A stretch of DNA of 64,000 nt from Plasmodiophora brassicae. Lineage: Eukaryota. The notes beneath the pieces are model-generated. The model saw only the letters and a program-made list of their open reading frames with translations. It had not been told where the DNA came from and made no database searches. A program made the position numbers and the translations under genes. Shown piece after piece: positions 23,718 to 34,095 of the stretch (position 1 is the first letter of the stretch; every line of letters starts with the position of its first letter). Where the stretch lies: the NCBI GenBank assembly GCA_036867785.1, contig CP145415.1:620001-684000 (forward strand), written 5' to 3'.

Positions 23718-25079
23718 TCAAGAACACGAGGATCGCGATGACCTGTTGAGGAAAGAGTTCAGAGATTGAGCTGTCGTTCTGTTCGTCCGAGCCGTTACCA
23801 ATGTAGTGGTCATACTGCTCGCAATCGCAGCGGTCGAGGCCTTAGACGATAATGGAACACCCTCATACGGTTTCGAAGATGAGGTTGGGGTCGTTGAGAT
23901 CTTTATCGGCTTCGAGGTCACGATTCGTGGCGACGATACTGTCGACGAAGGATTTGAGGTCGGATCGGAGCGTTGTGGAACTGAAGTCGGTATTGGATCA
24001 GATGTCGATAGTGTTGGAGCTGGCTTCGATATCGTTCCAATCGGCATTGGTCTCGGGGTTGGACCAGACGTCGATGGTGTTGGAGCTGGCTTCGATATCG
24101 TTCCAGTCGGCGTTGATTTCGAGGTTGCAGGAGTCGACGACGGTGACGACGGCCTGAACTTGATCGGTACCGATATCTGATAGATGGACGTCGGTGAATT
24201 AGCATTCGGATTCGTCGATGTCTCAAAGGCTATGGATGATCCATCGGGAGACCAGCTCGCTGCCCCATCATATCCAGCACTATTCGTGATAAAGACCGGG
24301 TTCGTTGAGCCCGATATCGACACGATGGCGATACGAGCGCCAACGGTCGTGCTGTCGGCACCTGAGAAGACGATGAATTGTCCATCAGGAGAGAACGCTG
24401 CATCGGTCGACGACCATGTCGTTGGCGTCACTCGGGTTATACTGCTTCCATCAGTGTTCATCGTGTAAATCGCCCAGTCGTTTGTGAACCTTTGGAACAG
24501 AATCTTATCGCCTTTTGGGGACCAATTCGGCTGACGATCTTGGGAACCTGAAGTCAGTCTTTTCAGACCGGTTCCGTCCGAATTAACCATCCAGATTTCT
24601 GCCGATGTAGAAGAGATCGACGACTCGAACACGATCCGATTGGCGTCGGACGAAAAGCTCGGTTCGATATAGCTCGCTCCGTTGTGATTGGTCACCTGAT
24701 GATAACCAGAACCGTCCGAATTCACGACTGATACCTCATCAGTCGTAGCGCCATCGGCAGCGAGCGTGATGGTCCCGTGAGCGCTCCAGCACGACCCAGG
24801 CAGATTCACAAACGCACGGGAGTTGTCATTGACAATGGTCTTCAATGGACCGCTGCTCGTGATCGACATGGAGTAGACGCCTGCAGAACCAAGATTATAA
24901 CCTCCATGCCAAAGAGTCAGAGCCAGATTTGTGCCATCGTAACTATAGCAGGGATTCTGGGCTGAATCTTTCCCCGTTGGAACGTAAATGGCGCAAGCAC
25001 CATCGGCACGACATGATAGCGCAGCGGCCGATAGAATTTGAAGACCAGCGATTGCGATAACGACGATGACAGAACCCAT
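23718..25079 (-). CDS. Secreted TolB-like/PD40 beta-propeller protein with Ser/Thr/Pro tail, intronless
   Basis: Signal peptide. PD40 repeats EPSFSSDANRIVF, QPNWSPKGDKILF, AAFSPDGQFIVF, ASWSPDGSSIAF, and IWMVNSDGTGLKRLT. Confidence 0.9.
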   Translation of the reverse strand: MGSVIVVIAIAGLQILSAAALSCRADGACAIYVPTGKDSAQNPCYSYDGTNLALTLWHGGYNLGSAGVYSMSITSSGPLKTIVNDNSRAFVNLPGSCWSAHGTITLAADGATTDEVSVVNSDGSGYHQVTNHNGASYIEPSFSSDANRIVFESSISSTSAEIWMVNSDGTGLKRLTSGSQDRQPNWSPKGDKILFQRFTNDWAIYTMNTDGSSITRVTPTTWSSTDAAFSPDGQFIVFSGADSTTVGARIAIVSISGSTNPVFITNSAGYDGAASWSPDGSSIAFETSTNPNANSPTSIYQISVPIKFRPSSPSSTPATSKSTPTGTISKPAPTPSTSGPTPRPMPIGTISKPAPTLSTSDPIPTSVPQRSDPTSNPSSTVSSPRIVTSKPIKISTTPTSSSKPYEGVPLSSKASTAAIASSMTTTLVTARTNRTTAQSLNSFLNRSSRSSCS

Positions 25080-25090
25080 GAGATGACTGA

Positions 25091-25248
25091 TGATATGATG
25101 TTTAGCTACTCGGATATTATCAACGGCACGCGAATTGGATCTTCTAGGAATGGATTGCGGTTGCCCTGATACCTATCGTATTGGTGATATGATGTTTAGC
25201 TAGTCTGATATTATGAACGGCACGCGAATTGGATCTTCTAGGAATGGA
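25091..25248. repeat. Two-copy direct repeat (~64 bp, 94-bp period)
   Basis: tgatatgatgtttagcta..gatattat.aacggcacgcgaattggatcttctaggaatgga at 25091 and 25185. Confidence 0.9.
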
Positions 25249-25259
25249 AATGCCCGATC

Positions 25260-25713
25260 TTGTAGTGCCCGGGCATATGATTCGCACGTTGGTCCGGAGA
25301 ACGTGCTGAAGCATCAGCGCTTCTGTTAGCGCAATGCCGGCGTCCAGAGATCCGAACTTCTTCAGAACGCGGTGGTTGCTTTCACAGCAATTGGTTCCCC
25401 TTGAGCATCGGTACAGCGTCAGCCCGCTGGAACCGACGCCAATTCTCCTGATAGAAGACGTAGTCGTCTCCGTCAGGATCGCTACAACAACCTTTGTCAA
25501 TGTGCTCAAGCAGGTTCTGAAGATCTCTGTGTGCCCGATCGTTGAACAACGGCACTCCTGGAAAACATCCAACAGGTCAGAAGACGTAGGATAGAAAGTC
25601 CAGTTCGATACCATGTCGTGAGTCATCCCCAAATGCAGGTTCGGCCAGGTCGTGTCGGAAGATTGATCCACGACCGGTGCGTCAGATTGGCTTCTAGCGT
25701 GTACTACGCACAA
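25260..25713 (-). pseudogene. Degenerate DNA-transposase fragment (superfamily uncertain)
   Basis: GLTLYRCSRGTNCCESNHRVL resembles the GLxLYRCxRGTNxxExxH motif around the catalytic Glu of protist/fungal DDE transposases. Confidence 0.55.
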
Positions 25714-25715
25714 CG

Positions 25716-26525
25716 ATGAACAGGGCGCTGCCGGTGGTACTGGGTTCAGTCTGGGTTGCTGCGCTGGTAGGCGTTATCGGTCTGACGGCGTACTACGTTC
25801 ACAAGGACAGTGATCAGCTGTCGTGGGCGACTCGCCTAGACAGTCGGCTTGACCTGATCTGGCAACGTCTCTGCAACGGCGAACTGGACAGCAACGAGGC
25901 CGCCCAAGCGCACGAGGGCATCAATGTGAAACGAATTACAGACGCGCTCAAGACTATCCGGAAAGATCAAAACATTCCGCACCCGGATATGGTCGACAGT
26001 GGTGATCAGAATCGGCTCGCAACGATACTCCTGTCGGTCTCCGGTAAGTCCGAGTATCTGGGCATCATCATCAGTGCTGCGCGATACCGCAAGGCCCTCA
26101 ACGAATACATGGTCAAGATGGTCTCTGCCGGCTCCCTGCACGCACTGTGGAAGTCGTTCGAGGAACCTGACCGCGACAATCGCCGGATGGTGTCAAACAG
26201 CCACATCGGTAAACTCGAGGAGACGGTGCGCGAGCTCACGATGATGCACTATCTCGCAAACAGCTGGGGTTCCAGTGATGCTCTGACCAAGCGCTATTTG
26301 AGCTGGTTGTTCCGCGTTGGAGAGGACAGGATCACTCCCGATATGGTCAACGACCTCAAGGCCAAAGTGAAGCAGCTCGAAGACCCTAGGGACATCGACG
26401 AGTGGCTCAACAAGTTGGCAATGATGCGGGCCGAAGTCAACGAGGCATTGGAGAACAAACGGGTGATGGCCGCGAAGGCACTGGAGAACGAACGGGCTGG
26501 AAACCAGGACACGAGTCCTCTTTGA
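25716..26525 (+). CDS. Hypothetical protein with N-terminal signal/TM anchor, intronless
   Basis: 269-aa ORF with ATG, hydrophobic N-terminus and coding-like codon bias. Confidence 0.7.
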   Translation: MNRALPVVLGSVWVAALVGVIGLTAYYVHKDSDQLSWATRLDSRLDLIWQRLCNGELDSNEAAQAHEGINVKRITDALKTIRKDQNIPHPDMVDSGDQNRLATILLSVSGKSEYLGIIISAARYRKALNEYMVKMVSAGSLHALWKSFEEPDRDNRRMVSNSHIGKLEETVRELTMMHYLANSWGSSDALTKRYLSWLFRVGEDRITPDMVNDLKAKVKQLEDPRDIDEWLNKLAMMRAEVNEALENKRVMAAKALENERAGNQDTSPL

Positions 26526-26661
26526 CGGAATACACTCGTCAGATGGACGGCACTGGTTCGGACGCACTTAGCCGTCCTGTGAAATGTAGACCACGCTTCG
26601 GAGCAGATGCGAATGCTGCAGAATTATCAATCCTGAGCTGACATGCATCGGCGTAGCATGG

Positions 26662-27711
26662 TTGTCCGACCTTCAGGCCGAACATGTCGACTCACCAAAG
26701 GCCCGACGAGATCTGGCATGCACGGCGGCAAGTGACCGAGGGTGTCCAGCGACACGCGTTCGATGGAAGCAGCAGGTGTTGCTAGCCGGCACAGACCGGC
26801 GCGTCATGGAGCATGGCTGTCGGCTGTTTTCGTCCGGTGAATTCCACCGAGCGCTGGACGCGTTCTCCAGCGAACGGCGACAAGCGATCCGGCCGGCACG
26901 TGACCTCAACCTTGGGTTGACGTTGATCGCCATCGGGGACTTCAGGCGAGGCCTGCAGCACGTGGAAAGGTCGCTCGCTCGACAACCCTCAGCAGATGGG
27001 AATGTCGCACGCGGCGTCGCGCTTGCTGGATTAGGCCGATACCACGACGCCATGTGTGCGTTCATCGAAGCGGCGACGTGCGCCTCTGCGTCAACGTCGT
27101 CGCGATGCGCGGCCATTGCCAATCTGGCAGCGCTCTGCGCCGAGCTGGGCGACCGGCAGACCGCCCATCGCCAGCTCCAGTTCTGCCTGACCGACGTCGT
27201 CCCGGGCGACCGCAAATGGCACGCCCTGCGCGCCGACTTGCTCAGGATGCGGGCACGGTTGCACGAGCGCGCCGGCTGCCGGTCCTGGGCGCTGAAAGAC
27301 CTGGACGCTGCCCAGCATCTGGACCCCGCTTCCGCCAACGAATCCGCAGCGTTAGCTGATCGAAGCCGCATTCTGGATGCGCTTGGGCGATCGGGTGACG
27401 CGTTTCGCGTTGCGAAGCAGGCGGCACTGGAGCGCCCGGATCTGTCCAGGAGCCACGTTTGCTTCGGGGTCCAGCTTGCCAAGCACGACCGGATAGACCA
27501 GGCGCTGGCGCAGCTTACGATCGCGTTGGAGATCGCTCCGCACGACTCGACGATCCGGGCGGCACGCGCCCAGGTGCTCACCCGCGTCGGCAGGTTGGCA
27601 GACGCACGACGCGACTGGAACGTACTGGCAGAGACGGCCATCGCCCCAGCAATGAGGATGTACGCCCGGAGCCAGCTTCAACGAATTCGATCCAACGGCG
27701 TGGAGCACTGA
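26662..27711 (+). CDS. TPR-repeat protein
   Basis: NLGLTLIAIGDFRRGL, ARGVALAGLGRYHDA, FGVQLAKHDRIDQALAQL, ARAQVLTRVGRLADARRD. Start uncertain. Confidence 0.75.
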   Translation: MSDLQAEHVDSPKARRDLACTAASDRGCPATRVRWKQQVLLAGTDRRVMEHGCRLFSSGEFHRALDAFSSERRQAIRPARDLNLGLTLIAIGDFRRGLQHVERSLARQPSADGNVARGVALAGLGRYHDAMCAFIEAATCASASTSSRCAAIANLAALCAELGDRQTAHRQLQFCLTDVVPGDRKWHALRADLLRMRARLHERAGCRSWALKDLDAAQHLDPASANESAALADRSRILDALGRSGDAFRVAKQAALERPDLSRSHVCFGVQLAKHDRIDQALAQLTIALEIAPHDSTIRAARAQVLTRVGRLADARRDWNVLAETAIAPAMRMYARSQLQRIRSNGVEH

Positions 27712-27874
27712 CGCAGGACACAGGATCGATAAACGGATACAAACTGGATCCCAGGGGGACTGCTGCGAGATATCGCTCCAGTGACGAGGCGTGTGCCTAC
27801 GTGTTGGCTGTGATATTAATCGGTGGGGCTCTTGCTGCCTGACGACGCGTTGAGCATTAGCGGCGCCGCTCGCG

Positions 27875-30800
27875 ATGTTCAGCATCGGGAAGCGAAGCGC
27901 CTCGCCGGCGCCGCCCGATCCCAATAAGGAGATCCAGAAGCTGAGGACGGAGCTCGAGGCCGCCCTCGCTATGTCCAGCCAGCTGAGCTCGATGCTCGAA
28001 ACCAACGCTCTCGAATACGAACGGAAACTGGCCGCTGCACGTAATGTCACCAACCGGTCGCCAGCGTCCTTGCAGGTTCGATCGATTGTCGCCACCCAGT
28101 GCGGTCTAGTGACTTTGTGATGGCGACAGGATAACGGCGATAACGCTGGTACGCAGGAGAAGACGTTGACGGAGACCGGGTCGGCAAGGAACGAAATCCA
28201 GGCGGAGCTCGCCGTGGAACGTGCCCAACACACCGAGCTGAAGGCGAAAACGGACCAGCTGATGAGAGAGCTCGATGTCGCGAAATTGGACAATGGAGAC
28301 CTGCGATCCCAGGTCGACAAGCTCGTCAAAGAGCTGCGGAAGCGTTCCGAGAAGGAGACGGCGCTGACGAGCCACCTGGACGCCATGACGAAGCGCAGCA
28401 ATGAGCTCCAGACGGAGAAGGAGACGCTGGAGGCGCGCCTGACAGCAACGGATCAGTCCATGCTTGGCAGAGTCGAATCGCAGGCGAAGGCGGAGAACGA
28501 GCGCCTGCGACAGCGAATCGGCGACCTCGAAAGTGAACTTAACGGCGCCATGAAAGTCATCGCTGAAGGGCGCGCCCTTCGCGCGGCCCACACCAAGCAC
28601 CACCAGGACCTGACAAGTGAGCTCCAACTTCTACAGAGCGATGCGCCCCTTTCGCCAAACGTTCAACCGAAGGTAACGGCTCTGGGCGCGCGCTGCTGCC
28701 ATGCTCTTGCCTGACACGCCCTGCTTAGGATCCCGGAAGCGAACCTGAGTCGCCAGGCGGCGGCGATTCTGGAAAGGACGTTACCAAGCGGCTAGCCGAT
28801 GCCGAACGCGACAAAGCCGACCTGGCGTTACGATGTGAACGATTCGGCCGCGAGCTCGAGGAGGCGCGCGGCACAGTCAGCAAGCAGAGCGAGCGCATCA
28901 CGAAACTGGAAGGCGCCCTCGCGGACGCTGAGCGGGGGCATCGTGAGCTGACGCAGTGCCAAGAGGCGCTCGACAACGAGAGGAGCCGGGTCGCTGAACT
29001 CCAGTCGAGGATGGACGATGCCGTCGCTCGCCTAGACGCCGCTGAGTGCGCCAGGGCCGACGTGATCTCACAGCGGGAACGAGACTGCCGTGAACGTGAC
29101 GAAACACGCTCCACTGTGAGCAGACTGACCGCTCGCGTCGCCGAACTGGAAGGCGCTCTGTCGACGATATCTGTTGCGGGCCATAGCGAGCTGGCGGAAC
29201 ACCAGGAGGCCCTGCATCAGGAGAAGAGACGCATTGGCGAGCTCCAAACGGGGATGGACGACGCCATTGCCCGCCTAGCGGCTGCCGACAGTGCAAACGC
29301 AGACCTGACGTTGCACCGCGAACGGGTCGACCGGGACCTCGAAGTGGCGCGCTCAACGTTGACGAGGCAGAGCGAACGCGTTGCCGAACTGGAAGCCATC
29401 CTGGCGAGCACGAATACGGACGCGTCGCGCTACGACCGTGAACTGACGCGACGCCAGGAGGCCCTAGACAAGGAGAAGAGCCGCGTCGCCGAACTGGAGA
29501 CGAAGGTGAACGAGATCACCTCTCGATTAGCCGTTGCCATACAAGACAAGACGGACATGACGTTACGATGCGAGAGCGCCGAGCGCCACCTTGAAGACGC
29601 GACAGGCAAGCAGGGCGAACGCATTGCACAACTGGAAGGCTCCCTGGCGAACGCGTCCCTAGTTGCAGAGCGGGCCGAACGCGAACTGGCACAATGCAAG
29701 GAGGCTCTCGACAAGGAGAAGAGCCGGGCGGCGGCGTTCCAGACAACGATGGATGGGGTTACCGCCCGCCTTGCCGCTGCCGAGTGCGACAAGGTCGACC
29801 TGGCGGGGCATTGCGAGCGCGTCGAACACGAACTCGAGGCGGCGCGTTCCACGATGAAGCACGTTTCGGAGCTGGAAGTCGCCCTGGCGAGTGCCTCGGC
29901 CGACACCGAGCGCGCCGGTCGCGAACTGGCACAATTGCAGGAGGCGCTTGACAGCAAGAAGAGCCGCGTTGCCGAACTCCAGTCGCGAATGGACGACGTC
30001 ATTGCCCGCCTGGCCGAGGTCGAGCACGAGAACGCCGGGCTGACGCTACGCTGCGAGCGACTCGTCCACGACCTGGAAGACGCGCGCTCCTCAACGAGTA
30101 CGCAGAAGCAACGACTAGCCGAGCTGGAAGGTGCACTGGCCAGTGCAGCAGCTGGCACCGAACGTGCCCAGCGAGAGTTGGCGCAATGCCATGAAGAGAT
30201 CAACGGCGAGAAGAACCGCACTGCCGAGCTCCGGGAGCAATTCGACGACGTTTCAGCCCGCTTGACCGATGCCGAGCGTGAGAAGGCGGAAAGCGTCCGG
30301 CGATGCGAACGAGCCGAACACGATCTAGAGGACGCACAAGCCGCATTGAGCAAGCAGAGTGAACGCGTCACCGAACTGGAAGGCGCTCTGGCAAGTGCAT
30401 GCGCAAAGGCCGGACGCGCTGAAGAAGAGCTCGCCCAATGCCAGGAGGCGCTCCACGCTGCGAGGAGCCTCGTCTCGGATCTACAATCAAGGATGGGCGA
30501 AGAGACCGCCCGCCTAGCACATGCCGAGCGTGAGAAAGCCGACGCGATCGTACGATGGGAAGCAGTCGGCCATGATCTTGAAGGCGCGCGTTCCGACCTG
30601 AAGCAGCAGACTGAACGCGTTGCAGAGCTGGAAAGCGCCCTGGCGAAGGCAACCGGCAACGCCGACCGTGCCGAACGTGATCTCGTACAGTGCGAGGAGG
30701 AGCTCAGTAACGAGAAGCACCGCGCCGACGACCTCCAGGCACGCCTGTGCGATACCGAGCGTGACAAGATCGAGATGGCGTTGAGATGTGAGCGCGCCGA

Positions 30801-31764
30801 CCGCGACGTTGAAGAGGCACGTGCTGCGGCAAGCGTGCAGAGCGAACGCGTTGGTGCACTGGAGGGCTCACTGGCGAACGCGTCAGCTGACGCCGAGCGC
30901 GCTGCTCGAGACCTGGAACAGTGCAAGGCGGCTCTCGACACTGAGAGGAGCCGCGTTGCCGATCTCCAGACACGAATGGACGATGCTGTGGCTCGCCAGG
31001 CTGCTGCTGAGCTCGAAAAGGCTGATATGACGTCGCAGCGGGAGCGACTCGCCCGTCACCTCGAGGAGTCGCGCTCCCTAACGGAACAGAAGAACGGGCG
31101 AATTACCGAACTGGAAAGCGCTCTGGCGAACGCATCGACGGCCGCTGACCGCGCTGACCGCGAACTTCTGGAACGGCAGAAGGCGCTCGACAGTGCGAAC
31201 GGCCGCGTTGAAGAACTCCAGTCAAGAATGGATGACGTTGCAAGCCGATTAGCCGCAATCGATCGTGAAAGGGCGGAAATGGTATCGGAGCGCGAGCGAA
31301 TCGGCCGGGAACTTCAAGACACGCGTTCCGAATTGGGGAAGCGGAACGAACGTGTCATCGAGCTGGAGAGCGCGATCGCTAACGGATCAGCTGAGACGGC
31401 ACGTGCGCATGATGATGCCTTGCAACAGATTCACGATCTGAAGGCACGAATTACGGCCATGCAAACAGAACTGACAGCCATTCGCTCGACGTTGACCGAC
31501 CAGCAGTATAAGGCGAAACAGGAGCTGACGACGGTGCAAGACGCGTTGACGGCGGAATCCGGGCACGTGAAGGAACTCAAGGCGGCGCTGGCGTCGACTC
31601 AAAGCGCGTTGCAGAACGCGGAGCGCGCCCTGGCGGACGCCCGCCAGGCCAGGGAGGTCGAAATGGCAGACCGCGCCGCCACTGAGAACAGCCGTCTGAT
31701 CGACGATGACGACCCGCCCAAAGCGTCGCCCCGTCTCGCCAGACTATTTGCATGGTGCCGCTAG
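27875..31764 (+). CDS. Large coiled-coil protein with ~11 internal repeats of ~75-80 aa, spliced
   Basis: Exons at 27875, 28130 and 28729 onward. Recurrent unit RLA.AE.DK.D...RCER....LE.AR.....Q.ERV.ELE.ALA.A......ELAQC.EAL..E.SRVA.LQ.RMD. Confidence 0.85.
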
Positions 31765-31850
31765 GAGCGAAACAGCTGCAGTGTGCCATATACCAGGAAC
31801 ATTACGTAGCGATCGTGGCTGGCAGTAGCTCGGTGGAGTCCTCGTGCACG

Positions 31851-32905
31851 ATGGGCTGGCAGTGTTGTCTGCAGCCCGCACTCCGTGGGCATTGCGAGCG
31901 GGACGTCATGGTGCCACGAGAAGCCTACAAAGTCCTGCTCTACTATTCGTACAGTGCACTGGACGACCCTGACGCGCATGCCCAGTGGCAAACGGGGCTG
32001 TGCGACCGCCTGGACCTGCGTGGCCGGATACGCGTTGCTCGCGAAGGCATCAATGGGACCGTGTCGGGTACAGCGGACGCCGTCCGGCAGTACATGGAGC
32101 AGGTGGACCAGCTCGGTCTGTTCCCTGGCATGCAATGGAAGGTGTCCCCCTCGGAGATCGGCCATGCGTTCCCATCCATGATTGTGTCGCTTAGAGATAC
32201 GGTCGGTTACCTGGCTCGCAGATAGGTCTGTGGTCTGACGGGGGTTCTGTGCAGATCGTTAACATGGGTGCCAAGCTTGCCCACAACCCAGGTGAATACC
32301 TGTCACCTGCTGAGTTCAATGAGGCTATGGCTGATGAAGATTCCGTCCTGGTCGATTGCCGGAACAGCTACGAATGGCAGATTGGCAGGTTCGAAGGCGC
32401 GCCATGCCCGTCCGGACGGCAATTCACAGACTGGCCCAAAGAAGCCAGCGCCTTGGCGGGTCGCCTGCAAGGCAAACGCGTCCTCATGTACTGCACCGGC
32501 GGGATCCGCTGCGAAATGGCTTCTTCGTACCTGAAGTCACTCGGCGTCGATCGCGTCGCTCAACTACACGGCGGCATTCATGTAAGTCAGGCTTGTACGA
32601 AGCAGGAACGACCGCCATCTGACGATGGGACGACGCAGGAATACTTGAAGGCGTATCCTGATGGGGGGCGCTTTCGTGGCAAGAACTTTGTGTTCGATGA
32701 GCGGATCGCCATACCGTCGAACGACGCCACGGTCGTCGGCAGGTGCCGCGTCTGCTCGCGATCATTCGACGACTATTCGCAGAAGCGACGTTGCGTGCAC
32801 TGCCGTATCCTGGTGGTCTGCTGTGATACCTGCCACGACGCTGGCGTCCCTCTGGTATGCGGCACCTGCAAGCACAGCCAACGCGACTTAGGAGTAAACG
32901 TCTAG
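31851..32905 (+). CDS. TrhO/UPF0176 (TSTD2-like) rhodanese-domain protein, spliced
   Basis: VLLYY, LRGRIRVAREGINGTV, DCRNSYEWQIGRF, MYCTGGIRCE, QLHGGI, FRGKNFVFDER, C-terminal Cys cluster. Confidence 0.93.
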
Positions 32906-33002
32906 CCATGTGATTCCAAATCGCCACGATGATAGTCCGCCCGAGAACGACGACTGGTGTAATTGTCAACGGGTGTCTGTGTTCCTGTCCCGAGGTGGGT
33001 AT

Positions 33003-33026
33003 GGGGGGGGGGGGGGGGGGGGGGGG
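33003..33026 (+). repeat. G24 homopolymer
   Basis: Directly visible. Confidence 0.9.
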
Positions 33027-33169
33027 CGGACTCGGAACAGCGGGGCCGCCGCCCCATGCGACAACAACCCGCGCGCACGGGCGGGGGAGAGAGAAGTCGC
33101 CAATCCGGTTCGATTTTCGGACGTTGAAGGCGTCGTCGTCCGGCGGCCGCTGTTGGCGCGTTGACAGTC

Positions 33170-34049
33170 ATGACAGCAGTGCGCCTGTACGAGGAGCGCG
33201 TGCCGATTCCCCTGCGTTGCCGTGTCGGGTGACGCCGTGCAACAGGTTCTCCTACTGGCGTAGCTCGTGCTCGTACCGCGTTCGTATCGCACTCGCGCTG
33301 AAATCGATCCCATACGGTAGGTCGAACGGTTCCGGTGTCGGGACAGATGTTGACCCCGGACAGAGTACGTCGCTGTGAACCTGGTCCAGGGATGCCAGAA
33401 CGATGAAACCGTTATGGACTCCCCCATGCACCAAGTCCCGGTCCTCCAGTACGTCGAATTCGAGGCAATTCGCTTGTCTCTCATCGCTGCCTGCAGGATT
33501 GATGACCGTAACTTGCATGAGTCCCTGGCCATCGTGGAATACCTGGAAGAGACCAGGCCGGCCCATCCACTACTGCCTACTGACCCTTGTACGACCCTAA
33601 TCTGTGCCAATGTCAGGCCATAGGTCTGACACCGTTTCAGACCTTCGATCCGTTGCACGTCGCCAGGCGCTGATGATTGTCGCCGATATCCAGCCGATTC
33701 AGAACTTGCGTGTGCTGAGAAAGCAAACCGGGGACGCGAAGGAATGGGCAACGTTCTGGATTGAAAACGGATTCCAAGGTACTGATTCACGTACCCATGT
33801 CGGGCGCTAATATTTGTGCCATGCCCAGCGCTGGAGAAGGAGGTGTCCAAGACAGCGGGCAAATACTGCATTGGGGATAACGTGACGATTGCTGATGTCT
33901 GTCTGATACCGCAAGTCTACAACGCTCGCCGTTTCTCGATCGATATGTCCAAGTACCCGACGTTACTTCGAGTTGCCACCGCCCTGGAAGGTCTTCCAGC
34001 GTTCGTGAAAGCGCACCCCGACAACCAACCCGATGCTATCAAAGAGTAA
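33170..34049 (+). CDS. GSTZ1: Glutathione S-transferase zeta / maleylacetoacetate isomerase, spliced
   Basis: SYWRSSCSYRVRIAL, PMHQVPVL, ESLAIVEYLEE, DIQPIQNLRVL, ADVCLIPQVYNARRF, AHPDNQPDA. Confidence 0.95.
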
Positions 34050-34095
34050 CCGACGCCTATGCAATGAATGTGGAGTTTTGTTCGTCGAATTGTTG

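Noticed and set aside
29430-30941. 503-aa antisense ORF, and similar ones at 8370-9686, 26673-27641 and 27352-28401
   Set aside because: Antisense shadows of GC-rich coding sequence with no independent protein signature.
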